A stretch of 64,000 nt of DNA from Chthoniobacterales bacterium (lineage in GTDB: Bacteria > Verrucomicrobiota > Verrucomicrobiia > Chthoniobacterales > UBA10450): positions 536 to 64,535 of the forward strand of contig JBBQFI010000014.1 in the NCBI GenBank assembly GCA_038321775.1. The letters run 5' to 3'. Shown here piece by piece: positions 8,126-17,111 of the stretch (positions within the stretch are counted from its first letter, which is position 1; each line of letters opens with the position of its first letter). The notes beneath the pieces were generated by a model. It searched no databases and had not been told where the DNA came from. It saw only the letters and a program-made list of their open reading frames with translations. The translations under genes were made by a program, and so were the position numbers.

Positions 8126-9673
8126 ATGAACGCGAGTGATTCTTACGACGTAATTATCATCGGCACTGGTGCCGGTGGCGGCACGCTCGCGCGACGGCTC
8201 GCGCCGCGTGGGAAGCGAATTTTGATTCTCGAGCGCGGAGGTTTTCTGCCGCGCGAAAAAGAGAATTGGCAATCGAAGGAAGTGTTCCAAAAGATGCGCT
8301 ACCACACGAAGGAGGAGTGGCGTGATCGCGACGGCAAACCCTTCATGGCGCACACCGGTTACTTCGTCGGTGGGAACACAAAAGTTTATGGCGCCGCATC
8401 GTTCCGTTTGCGGGAGCGGGACTTCGAAACGGTGCAGCACAGGGGCGGCATCTCGCCGGAATGGCCGGTGAAGTATCGCGACTTCGAGCCGTATTACACC
8501 CAGGCCGAAGCGCTCTACGATGTCCACGGCAAACGCGGTGTCGATGAAACCGAACCGCCGATGAGCGCGGAATATCCGTTCCCACCCTTTGCGCATGAGC
8601 CGCGCATTCTCGAGCTGGCCGAACGGTTGCAGAAACGCGGACGCAATCCATTTCATTTGCCCCTCGCTCTGAAGCGCAACGAAGCCGATCCGCTCCACAG
8701 CCCATGCATTCGCTGCAATACCTGCGACGGTTTTCCCTGCCTGATCGATGCCAAGGCCGACGCCGATCTCAATGGCGTCCGGCCCGCGATGCAGAAAAGC
8801 AATGTGACGTTGCTCACGCACGCGCGGGTGAAAAAGATCCTAACGAATGGTTCCGCGCGCGAGGTCTCGACGGTAGAGACGGAGATCGACGGCGAGACGC
8901 ATCATTTTCGCGGCGACATCGTAGTCGTGGCGGCCGGCGCGATTAATTCCGCTGCGCTCCTGCTCGGGAGTGCGTCGGATAAACATCCGAACGGTCTGGC
9001 GAATTCCTCCGATCTGGTCGGCCGCAATTACATGCGACATCTGAACAGCGCGATCCTCGGTATGACGACCAAGAAGAATCCCACCGTTTTCCAAAAAACT
9101 CTGGCGATGAACGATTTTTACTGGGGCGATGACGACTTCCCGTTTCCCATGGGACACATCCAGCTCCTGGGAAAAACCGACCGAGGTATCATCGCGGGCG
9201 ACGCGCCTTTTTTCACGCCCGGCGTGGCGCTCGATGTCATGACCAAACATTCCGTCGATTGGTGGCTGACCGCGGAAGACCTGCCCGATCCGGAAAATCG
9301 CGTCACACTCACGCGCGACGGCCAGATTCAACTCAGCCAGCGCGATCGTTATCACGAACACTTCGATCGCCTGATCGCGCGTTGGACGGAAGAATTGAAA
9401 ACGGTCGATGCGATCGATCAGCTCATCCCGCTTTCGCTTTATCTGAAAAATAAAATCCCGCTGATGGGCGTGGCGCATCAAAACGGCACCTGTCGTTTCG
9501 GCGACGATCCGAAGACGTCGGTGCTGAATATTTTTTGTCAGGCGCACGACGTCGATAATCTCTACGTCGTCGATGGCAGTTTTTTCTGTTCGAGCGGCGC
9601 GGTCAACCCGTCGCTTACGATCGCAGCGAATGCGTTGCGCGTGGGCGATCACATCCTCGAGCGATTGGGATGA
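8126..9673 (+). CDS. GMC-family FAD-dependent oxidoreductase
   Basis: 515 aa. N-terminal FAD fold (YDVIIIGTGAGGGTLARRLA) and a GMC C-terminal region (VVDGSFFCSSGAVNPSLTI). Confidence 0.85.
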   Translation: MNASDSYDVIIIGTGAGGGTLARRLAPRGKRILILERGGFLPREKENWQSKEVFQKMRYHTKEEWRDRDGKPFMAHTGYFVGGNTKVYGAASFRLRERDFETVQHRGGISPEWPVKYRDFEPYYTQAEALYDVHGKRGVDETEPPMSAEYPFPPFAHEPRILELAERLQKRGRNPFHLPLALKRNEADPLHSPCIRCNTCDGFPCLIDAKADADLNGVRPAMQKSNVTLLTHARVKKILTNGSAREVSTVETEIDGETHHFRGDIVVVAAGAINSAALLLGSASDKHPNGLANSSDLVGRNYMRHLNSAILGMTTKKNPTVFQKTLAMNDFYWGDDDFPFPMGHIQLLGKTDRGIIAGDAPFFTPGVALDVMTKHSVDWWLTAEDLPDPENRVTLTRDGQIQLSQRDRYHEHFDRLIARWTEELKTVDAIDQLIPLSLYLKNKIPLMGVAHQNGTCRFGDDPKTSVLNIFCQAHDVDNLYVVDGSFFCSSGAVNPSLTIAANALRVGDHILERLG

Positions 9674-9725
9674 GGCTCGTGGCGCGGCGAACTCTTCCGG
9701 GTAGCGCACGCGTCTCGCATGCTGG

Positions 9726-9753
9726 CGATGGCGTCTCGCCATCGAGGACTTTT
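9726..9753 (+). terminator. Rho-independent terminator candidate after the GMC oxidoreductase gene
   Basis: 8-bp perfect stem cgatggcg/cgccatcg with loop tct, followed by aggactttt. It lies inside the 5' extension of ORF 9719..11410. Confidence 0.55.
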
Positions 9754-9766
9754 CTCAGGCGTACCC

Positions 9767-11410
9767 ATGCTTCCTGTGCGAGCCATATTTAAAAAAGCCT
9801 GTTTCGGCGGGACGCCGAAACCAGCACGCGGGAGGCGCGCGCTACCCAGATGGGCCATCGGGGCGCTGGCATTCTTATTACCGTTCTCTTTGCGCGCCGC
9901 CGTGGAGGTCGCGGCGATCGAGATGAGCGTGTCCGATCTTCCTCGAGCAGTTGCGTTCTACACCGACACATTGCAATTCAAGTTAAAAGATGCGGACGAG
10001 TCGCGCGCGCGCCTTCAACTCGGCCAAGAAACGTTGGTCCTCCGCCACGCGGCGACGGAAGGACGGCCTATCCCGCGCGATTTACCCGCAAACGACCAAA
10101 CGTTCCAACATATCGCCATCGTGGTCGGCGACATCGACGCGGCTTATGCGCAACTGCAACGCCACCACGTGCAGCTCGTTTCTACTGGCGTGCAAACTTT
10201 GCCCAATTGGAATTTCGATGCGGCAAAGATCCGCGCGCTTTACTTCCGCGACCCGAACGGCCATTTCCTCGAATTGATTCACTTCCCGGCTAACAAAGGC
10301 GAACCGCGCTGGCATCGCCGGAGCGGTGCGCTTTTTCGCGGGATCGATCACTCTGCGGTCGTCGTCACCGAAATGAAACGCAGTCTCGCTTTCTACCGCG
10401 ACCAACTTGGTTTCACCGTCATCGGAAACAGTTTCAACTACGGCGGCGAACAGGAACTGCTGAGCGGTGTGGCGGGGGCGCGCGTGCGCATCACAAGTTT
10501 ACGCGGCGCCAAGGGTCCGGGGCTCGAACTTCTGCAATACGAAACGCCGGGCTCCACAAACATTCTCCGCAAAACATCTTCGCCTAACGACTTGTCACAT
10601 TGGCAAGTCGATCTCCTGACGACGCGACACGACATCGTCGGTGAACGCTCCGATCCGGACGGCCACGCCTTCGCGATCGAGCAACGACCGAGCGGCGCGG
10701 CCCGCGGCGAATATGCGATGGAAGCCTTGCGCCAGCATTGGCCGCGCTACCTGATGGAAGGCGCGGAGCTCGGCATCTTCATGATCGTCGCGTTGCTTCT
10801 CGCGCTCGTGTTGGAACATACGCGTTCGAGTTTGCATAAAGCGATCGGCTCTCCGCTGCTGCGCCGATTCTTCGTCGGCCTCGGCATCGGCGTCATGGTC
10901 GTGATCCTGATTTACTGCACGTGGGGCCGGCAATCGGGCGCGCAGTTCAATCCCGCAGTTACGCTCGCGATGCTTTACCTGCATCGCATCCAGCCGTGGG
11001 ACGCGTTCTTCTACATCATCGCCCAATTTCTCGGCGGATTGCTCGGCGTCCTAATAGCGGCAGCGCCGTTTTGGAAAGCGAGCAAGCATAAAAAAGTAAA
11101 TTTTGTCGTGACCGAGCCCGGTAAGCCGGGCGTCGCGGTTGGATTCGCAGCCGAATTCGTCATTTCATTTATTCTACTGGCGACGCTGCGACTCGTTTAT
11201 CACAGCGATTTGCTCAAACCGTCGCTCGGTTACTTCGCCGGATTTCTCCTCTGCCTTTACATTACCTTCGAGGCGCCGCTCTCCGGGATGAGTTTGAATC
11301 CCGCGCGCAGCGTCGCCTCCGCCATCCCGGCGAAAAGCTGGAAGGCGATGTGGATTTATTTCATCGCGCCGCTGCTCGCGATGTGGCTCGCGGCGAAGCT
11401 GTGCGGTTAG
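9767..11410 (+). CDS. Fusion protein: two glyoxalase/VOC-family domains plus a C-terminal MIP-family channel (aquaporin Z-like)
   Basis: Two VOC repeats (IEMSVSDLPRAVAFYTDTLQF... and IDHSAVVVTEMKRSLAFYRDQLGF...), then a 6-TM channel with both NPA boxes (GAQFNPAVT, GMSLNPARS). The start is uncertain: ATG 9767, or GTG 9902 immediately before the first VOC domain. 9719 is unlikely because it spans the terminator hairpin. Confidence 0.8.
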   Translation: MLPVRAIFKKACFGGTPKPARGRRALPRWAIGALAFLLPFSLRAAVEVAAIEMSVSDLPRAVAFYTDTLQFKLKDADESRARLQLGQETLVLRHAATEGRPIPRDLPANDQTFQHIAIVVGDIDAAYAQLQRHHVQLVSTGVQTLPNWNFDAAKIRALYFRDPNGHFLELIHFPANKGEPRWHRRSGALFRGIDHSAVVVTEMKRSLAFYRDQLGFTVIGNSFNYGGEQELLSGVAGARVRITSLRGAKGPGLELLQYETPGSTNILRKTSSPNDLSHWQVDLLTTRHDIVGERSDPDGHAFAIEQRPSGAARGEYAMEALRQHWPRYLMEGAELGIFMIVALLLALVLEHTRSSLHKAIGSPLLRRFFVGLGIGVMVVILIYCTWGRQSGAQFNPAVTLAMLYLHRIQPWDAFFYIIAQFLGGLLGVLIAAAPFWKASKHKKVNFVVTEPGKPGVAVGFAAEFVISFILLATLRLVYHSDLLKPSLGYFAGFLLCLYITFEAPLSGMSLNPARSVASAIPAKSWKAMWIYFIAPLLAMWLAAKLCG

Positions 11411-11878
11411 TTACGGCTGCTTCTCAAACTTCATCGCGGCCGAATTCATGCAATAGCGCAATCCGGTCGGCTTTGGTCCATCGTCAAACACATGGCCGAG
11501 ATGTCCGCCGCAGCGTTCGCACAGGACTTCGGTGCGGGTGGAGAAAAATCCTTTATCCTCTTTCGTTTCGACCGCGTCTTTCGAGATCGGCTGATAAAAA
11601 CTGGGCCAGCCCGTGCCTGATTCGAATTTCGCATCGGAACTGAAAAGCTCCTTCCCGCAAGCCGCGCATTTAAAAATACCGTGATCGTGCAGACCGTTGT
11701 AAGCGTTGGTGAACGGCCGCTCTGTTCCCTTCTCCCGCAGCACGCGATACTGCTCCGGGGTCAGCTCTTTCTTCCATTCCGCGTCCGTCTTTTCAATTTT
11801 GTCGCTCATAGGATTCTGGGCCGACACAAAATTGCACAAGGCAAGCGCGGCGGCGAATAAACAGGTCGTTAGTTTCAT
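11411..11878 (-). CDS. msrB: Peptide-methionine (R)-S-oxide reductase MsrB, with signal peptide
   Basis: 155 aa. Contains [23 protein letters not shown] and GLRYCMNS, the MsrB zinc and catalytic motifs. Confidence 0.9.
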   Translation of the reverse strand: MKLTTCLFAAALALCNFVSAQNPMSDKIEKTDAEWKKELTPEQYRVLREKGTERPFTNAYNGLHDHGIFKCAACGKELFSSDAKFESGTGWPSFYQPISKDAVETKEDKGFFSTRTEVLCERCGGHLGHVFDDGPKPTGLRYCMNSAAMKFEKQP

Positions 11879-11923
11879 AGCCAGGTTCTTCTTTCAAAGA
11901 ATGGGAGGCGGTCGCCCCTCACA

Positions 11924-13852
11924 TTATTCCCGCCACTTCGAGGCGTTGGAAACGAACAGCACCGCGGTTTTCGGCACCCGGAAAAGTCCCGCGATCACAC
12001 CTTTCCATCCGATAGTGGGGCCGACGCTGCGTTCGAATTTTTCGTGATCGGGCAACGCGTGAAACCCGCGTTTCTTTTTCGCGTTCTCCAGATTCAGAAT
12101 CGTCTGGATCAAACCGAGATGCGAAAAAGCCTGCGGAAAATTCCCGAGAAATTCGCCACTCTCGGGATCGATTTCTTCCGAATAAAGACCGAGCGGACTG
12201 GCGAGTTTGATGATGGCCTCGAGCATCTCTTCCGCACGAGCGAGATGGCCTTCACGGATCAGATGATCGATGCACCAGAAGCTGCAAATCAGGAACGCGC
12301 CTTCTTTCCCCGGCATTCCTTCCGTCCGATAAAAAAGCGGACCGCGCCCGAGCTCGCGCTCAATCGCTTCGCGCGTCGGCCGGGCCGGGTGCACGTCGAG
12401 AAAACCAGTGGTGAAAGCGAGCAGGCTGGAAACGTCGAGTGAAGCCGCGTCCATTTTTGCCGAGAGGATCTGGGCGCCGTCTTTCGTCACCAAACCGTGA
12501 TCGAGGACCTCGCGGCGTATTTCTCCGCAGACTTTTTCCAGCTCGCCATCATCGTCACCGAGGAGTTCGCGCGCCCGTTGCAACGCGATCCAGCACATGA
12601 TTTTCCCATAGGTGAACTGGCTCGTTTCACGCACTTCCCAAATGCCGTTATCGGCGCGGCGCCAGAAGCGCTTCGCTTCATCGGTCAGACGCGTGAGCAT
12701 CTTGCGTTTGTCGCCATCGATCTTGCCGCCGGTATGCCGGAAAAAATAAAACGACTGCAGGACGTGGCCGTAATTATCGAGCTGAAATTGCCCGAGCGCG
12801 CCATTGCCAAGGCGCACCGGTTCGGAATCGGCATAACCGGCGAGATGATCGAGATTGGTTTCCGGCGGGATGGGCGCATCGCAAACAGGGTAGAGGACAT
12901 CGACGCTCGATTGTTCGTTAGGGGCTTCCGCTTTCTCCTTTCGCTCCATCCATTTCCTGACCGCGAAATTAAGAAAAGCGTTTGCTTCGCCGGAATAACC
13001 GAGGCCGAAGAGCGTTTGAATAAAAAGCGCGGTATCGCGCAACCAGGTGTAGCGATAATCCCAGTTCAATTCTCCGCCCGCTTTTTCGGGAAGCGAGGTG
13101 GTGGGTGCGGCGACAAACCCGCCGGTCGCAGCGTAGGTGAGTAATTTCAAAGTCACCGCGCTCCGCCTAACGATCTCCTGATGCGGGCCACGATAGTAAT
13201 TGAAGAGATTCCATTCGCGCCAGAACGCCGTCGTTACGCGCAGCCATTCGCGAACGCTCGCGAGATCGGGCCAGCGTTGGTCGTCGCTGTAGTCGAGCAC
13301 AGCGTAAAACGGTTCGTTCGGCGCGACGACGAAATTGCCTAACAAGTCATCATCGCTCGTTTCGATCGGCACGTTGCTATAAAATGTGGCTGCCTCCATC
13401 TCGAAGCCGCCGTCGTAGCAGCGGTGCCAGGAGGCGGCTTTCCGCGCATACGATGGTCGCGCGCTTACCCGCATTCGCATGGCCACGCGCGCGCCGTCTT
13501 CAGCTTCGAGCAGGCGCACCAGTTTGCGCGTCGGATGCAAAGTGGTGAAGTCGTAAAAGCGCGCTTTGCGCGCTCGCGCGATCACGAAAAAATCGGTTAG
13601 CCTAACGACACCTTCGGCCGTGATGAAGCGTGTCTCCAGGATGGCGCTGTCTTCGCGATATTTTCGCTCGACGCGAAATGGCTTCACCGGCGAAAGCGCA
13701 AAGCTTCCGCCTTTTTCCTCGTCGAGCAGCGCGGCGAAAACCGAGCCGGCATCGAACGCCGGCAAACAAAGCCAATCGATATCGCCCTGCGGCCCGATCA
13801 ACGCCGCCGTTTCGCAATTGCCGATGAGCGCGTAATCGCGGATCGGCGTCAT
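11924..13852 (-). CDS. Glycoside hydrolase family 15 protein (glucoamylase/trehalase-like)
   Basis: IRDYALIGNCETAALIGPQGDIDWLCLPAFD N-terminus typical of GH15. The start is taken at the internal ATG 13852, giving a 4-nt overlap with the upstream gene. Confidence 0.85.
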   Translation of the reverse strand: MTPIRDYALIGNCETAALIGPQGDIDWLCLPAFDAGSVFAALLDEEKGGSFALSPVKPFRVERKYREDSAILETRFITAEGVVRLTDFFVIARARKARFYDFTTLHPTRKLVRLLEAEDGARVAMRMRVSARPSYARKAASWHRCYDGGFEMEAATFYSNVPIETSDDDLLGNFVVAPNEPFYAVLDYSDDQRWPDLASVREWLRVTTAFWREWNLFNYYRGPHQEIVRRSAVTLKLLTYAATGGFVAAPTTSLPEKAGGELNWDYRYTWLRDTALFIQTLFGLGYSGEANAFLNFAVRKWMERKEKAEAPNEQSSVDVLYPVCDAPIPPETNLDHLAGYADSEPVRLGNGALGQFQLDNYGHVLQSFYFFRHTGGKIDGDKRKMLTRLTDEAKRFWRRADNGIWEVRETSQFTYGKIMCWIALQRARELLGDDDGELEKVCGEIRREVLDHGLVTKDGAQILSAKMDAASLDVSSLLAFTTGFLDVHPARPTREAIERELGRGPLFYRTEGMPGKEGAFLICSFWCIDHLIREGHLARAEEMLEAIIKLASPLGLYSEEIDPESGEFLGNFPQAFSHLGLIQTILNLENAKKKRGFHALPDHEKFERSVGPTIGWKGVIAGLFRVPKTAVLFVSNASKWRE

Positions 13853-14583
13853 CGTAGCCAACCGCCGATCGCCTGGATCGGCTCGATCTGGCCCGGTTCC
13901 GTCACCCACGCTACGATCGCGCCGCGCGTATTTGCCGCGGGCTGCGCGCCGGCTTCCGGCAAGCGCACTTCCGCTTTGCCGGCCGGCATCTTTTCCGTCC
14001 TGAGTCCGAGCACGACAAAATCGTGCAGCAATTTGCGTCCGCTATTTTCGCCGGCCTTGACATTGACGGTCAGATCGAATCCGAGCCGCGCGAGATGTAG
14101 ATCAAGCGGGCGTGCTTTGCCATTGGCCGGCTGGAAAGAAACGCGCGCGGTCTCTCCATCGGTCGAAGAAAGCTTTAAGACCCCCGGCGTATCCGATGCA
14201 GCACCGGGAACGCCGCTGCTGCGCCACTCGCGGCCGTCGAGGACAAAGCCGGGCGTGTAAACGCTGCTGCTATTCCAATGTGCGGAATAAGCATATTGCC
14301 GCGCCGTCCATTCTTTCGACGCGTAGGGATCGCGCCAGCCAAGCCGATCCCAGTAATCGACATGAAAAGCGATCGGCACGTAATCCTGCCAAAGCCGCGG
14401 CTCGCTCTTGAGTTTGCTCAACCACGCTTCCGCCGGCGGACAACTGCTGCAACCTTCCGAAGTGTAGAGTTCGAGTAAATGCGTTTTGGCCGGCGCGCTT
14501 TCCAATTCGAGAGCAAAGACGGAAGTGGCCGCGCCGCCAAGGCTGGCCGCGGAAAAAATTGCGAGAAGCAAGCTCGTTTTCAT
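13849..14583 (-). CDS. Secreted DUF1223-domain protein
   Basis: Signal peptide from the internal ATG (MKTSLLLAIFSAASLGGAA). ELYTSEGCSSCPPAE and HVDYWD motifs are characteristic of DUF1223. Confidence 0.7.
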   Translation of the reverse strand: MKTSLLLAIFSAASLGGAATSVFALELESAPAKTHLLELYTSEGCSSCPPAEAWLSKLKSEPRLWQDYVPIAFHVDYWDRLGWRDPYASKEWTARQYAYSAHWNSSSVYTPGFVLDGREWRSSGVPGAASDTPGVLKLSSTDGETARVSFQPANGKARPLDLHLARLGFDLTVNVKAGENSGRKLLHDFVVLGLRTEKMPAGKAEVRLPEAGAQPAANTRGAIVAWVTEPGQIEPIQAIGGWLR

Positions 14584-14725
14584 ATTGGTGAGAGCGCCGT
14601 TCTCTGGGAATATTTCACGCTTTGGAATAACGGCGCCACCCCGGCCTCTCACGCTCAACTTGAGATTGCCACGCTGCCCGATATTTTTAGCTGGCGTCGT
14701 GCAACAGGACGATTAGGTAGGTTTT

Positions 14726-15268
14726 GTGGCGGAAGGCGATAACGAGCAGTTGGTCGAGAAATTTTATGCGCCGCTTTATCGCTTTGGTCTTTCGCTCAGC
14801 CGCAAGGAAGCGGACGCGTGCGATCTGGTGCAGCAAACCTTCTGCACCTGGGCGGCGAAGGGCCACCAACTGCGCGATAAATCGAAAGTGAAAACCTGGC
14901 TTTTCACTACGCTCTACCGCGATTTCCTCGCAAAGAAGCGGCACGACGCTCGCTTTGTCGAAACGGAAAACGAAGCGGATTTCGTCGAACCGTTGCATAT
15001 CGCGCCCTCGGTGGTCGAATCAATCGATGCGGCGATTGTGCAGAAGGCTTTACATCTGCTTGATGAACGCTATCGCGCACCGGTGACTTTGTTTTACATG
15101 CAACAACATTCCTATCGCGAGATCGCCGAGATTCTGGCCGTTCCCATTGGGACGGTCATGTCCCGCATCTCGCGCGGCAAAGCCGAGCTGCGCACGGCGT
15201 TGAGCGATACCACCGCGCTCGAAGCGCGTAAAATCGTGCGCATCGAAGGGGGACAGGCCCATGGATAA
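14726..15268 (+). CDS. ECF-type RNA polymerase sigma-70 family factor
   Basis: 180 aa. Region 2 (DLVQQTF..., WLFTTLYRDFL) and region 4 HTH (SYREIAEILAVPIGTVMSRISRGK). Confidence 0.85.
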   Translation: MAEGDNEQLVEKFYAPLYRFGLSLSRKEADACDLVQQTFCTWAAKGHQLRDKSKVKTWLFTTLYRDFLAKKRHDARFVETENEADFVEPLHIAPSVVESIDAAIVQKALHLLDERYRAPVTLFYMQQHSYREIAEILAVPIGTVMSRISRGKAELRTALSDTTALEARKIVRIEGGQAHG

Positions 15269-16010
15269 CAGGGAAGCTTATTCAATTTTGAGCCTTCATC
15301 GCCCTGAAGAGCCGGCGCTCGATGAAGGACGACTCCAGGAGGCGCTGCGGAAAGTCGAGGCCGATCCCGAGTTGGCGCAATGGTGGAAGGCCGAGCGGGA
15401 GCTTGATGCGATTATCGCGGCCAAACTAACCTCGACGCAGTTGCCGGCTGACCTGAAGTCGCGGCTCTTATCTCCCGCGCCGATGCGAACTCGGGTGGTC
15501 CGATCCAGCTGGAGCCGCGCTGTCCTTGCGGCCGCCGCGTCAATTGTCGTCCTCGGCGTGATATTCAGTTCGTGGCGCGGACCGTTTCAGACGGCTGTTT
15601 CACTGGCAGATTATCGAGAAGAAATGGTGAGCTTCATTAAGGTTCCACCGAATCTCGAATTGCAATCGTCCGACCTGGCGCGCTTAAAAACCTTCCTGGA
15701 GAAAGCCGACGCGCCAGCGCAATTCGCGTTGCCGAAAAATCTACAGGCATATGAACCGGTTGGTTGCCGTGTCCTGCGTTTTCGAAGGCACGATGTGTCG
15801 CTCGTTTGTTTCAAGATCGGTGGCGATCGCCTTGCGCATCTGTTTGTCGCCGACGCAAAATCAGTGCCCACTAAAGGCAGTGCTTCCGCGCCGGTCTTCG
15901 CTGCGGAAAACGATTGGATGACCGCGACATGGACTGAAAACGGCCAATCCTATCTGTTAGCAGTTCGAGGCGATCGCGCGGCGGCCGAGAGATTTCTTGG
16001 CGACTCGTGA
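15261..16010 (+). CDS. Putative membrane anti-sigma factor
   Basis: Overlaps the sigma gene by 8 nt. Has one central TM helix (AVLAAAASIVVLGVIFS). The call rests on position and architecture only. Confidence 0.45.
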   Translation: MDNREAYSILSLHRPEEPALDEGRLQEALRKVEADPELAQWWKAERELDAIIAAKLTSTQLPADLKSRLLSPAPMRTRVVRSSWSRAVLAAAASIVVLGVIFSSWRGPFQTAVSLADYREEMVSFIKVPPNLELQSSDLARLKTFLEKADAPAQFALPKNLQAYEPVGCRVLRFRRHDVSLVCFKIGGDRLAHLFVADAKSVPTKGSASAPVFAAENDWMTATWTENGQSYLLAVRGDRAAAERFLGDS

Positions 16011-16531
16011 CGATAAAGCGGAAATCCTCCGTCAGTACCCGTTCACTCAAAGGGAAGGGCACTGGCTGGTTCTCCGGTTATTCCACCACGAAACGCCCTC
16101 TCGGTGGTTATGCCGCGCTGGTAGCTCTCTTCACCGTCGGATTAGCCAGCGCTTTTGTGGCCTCCAAGCAGAAAGCCAAACATTTGCCGGACCTAAGCGC
16201 CACTGATCTGCTCCTCTTTAGCATCGCCACACATAAGCTCAGCCGCATCGCGTCGAAAGATCTCGTGACCAGTCCATTCCGCGCGCCGTTTGTGAAATTC
16301 AAGGCGTCGGCCGGAGCGGGCGAAGTCGAAGAAAAAGCGCGCTGCGAAGGCTTGCGAGAAGCCGTCGGCGATCTTATCACCTGTCCGTATTGCATGGCAC
16401 CGTGGATCGCCGCCGCGCTGGTGTTTGCCGCGGAACGTGCACCTCGCAGCACGCGCGTGGTCAGCGCAATTTTCAACATTGCCGCAGATTCCGATTTCTT
16501 AAATCGCTTATACGCTCGGACGAAAGAATAG
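16007..16531 (+). CDS. DUF1360-domain membrane protein
   Basis: 174 aa. The CPYCMAPWIAAALVF motif is typical of DUF1360. Overlaps the previous gene by 4 nt. Confidence 0.6.
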   Translation: MTIKRKSSVSTRSLKGKGTGWFSGYSTTKRPLGGYAALVALFTVGLASAFVASKQKAKHLPDLSATDLLLFSIATHKLSRIASKDLVTSPFRAPFVKFKASAGAGEVEEKARCEGLREAVGDLITCPYCMAPWIAAALVFAAERAPRSTRVVSAIFNIAADSDFLNRLYARTKE

Positions 16532-16560
16532 CACACGCGAGGTGTGCTTTTCGTTATTTT
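16530..16560 (+). terminator. Rho-independent terminator of the ECF-sigma operon
   Basis: agcacac-gcgag-gtgtgct stem-loop immediately after the stop, followed by tttcgttatttt. Confidence 0.65.
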
Positions 16561-16594
16561 CAAGAAACGGTGGCTCTGTTGAAAAGCTGCCTGC

Positions 16595-16687
16595 TGTCAT
16601 GTCGAGCGAAGTCGAGACATCTCTTACTATTCATCTGCGCTTGGAACATCAACAATGAGAGATTCCTCGACTGCGCTCGGAATGACA
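16595..16687. repeat. REP/MITE-like imperfect palindromic element
   Basis: The left arm tgtcatgtcgagcgaagtcgagacatctct and right arm gagagattcctcgactgcgctcggaatgaca are about 25/30 complementary, with a spacer of about 30 nt. Arms of this type (gtcattccgagcg.agtcgagg) recur in many environmental bacterial genomes. Confidence 0.55.
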
Positions 16688-17111
16688 TAGCTTTTTAACA
16701 AAGCCAGAAACGATCAGGGTTTGTGTCCGCAAAAACCGGAAGAGATTCACACCTCTTCAGACGCCACGTGTGTCTGATCGAACCGACAATCCGTCCTTCT
16801 AAAAAAAATTCTATGCTGAAAACGCTGTTCTCGCCTAACGAATTCTGCGCAGACTTGCGCCGTAATCGTAGATCGGGGAACAGTGTTCACCGAGTCCCCT
16901 CGCCTCTTCCCTCCTACAGTCCCGAATTTTCCTCGTCCTCCTTAGCAAGGACACACCGCGAATTAAAAAAGCAGGATCGGTTCTTTTTCCCGAACCTCAA
17001 TTTGTTCTCGACCTCGCGCTTCAGAAGCGGCGACTCGAGACCTCGCAGCTCGCAAGCAGCGACATCATCGAATCGCAGCGAGGAAAAACGGCGAAGTCAT
17101 CATAATCAAAT

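Noticed and set aside
8093-9742. Long minus-strand ORFs (8093..8821, 242 aa; 8840..9742, 300 aa) opposite the GMC oxidoreductase gene
   Set aside because: The plus strand encodes a full-length, motif-rich GMC oxidoreductase. The antisense ORFs are Arg/Ala/Gly-rich with no recognisable motifs, which is typical of open antisense frames in GC-rich DNA.
16919-16934. The minus strand reads GAGGAAAATTCGGGAC, reminiscent of the RNase P RNA GAGGAAAGUCCGGGC box
   Set aside because: There are several mismatches. No matching P4 partner (ACAGAA.CCGGCUUA-like) or other conserved RNase P regions could be found within 400 nt on that strand.
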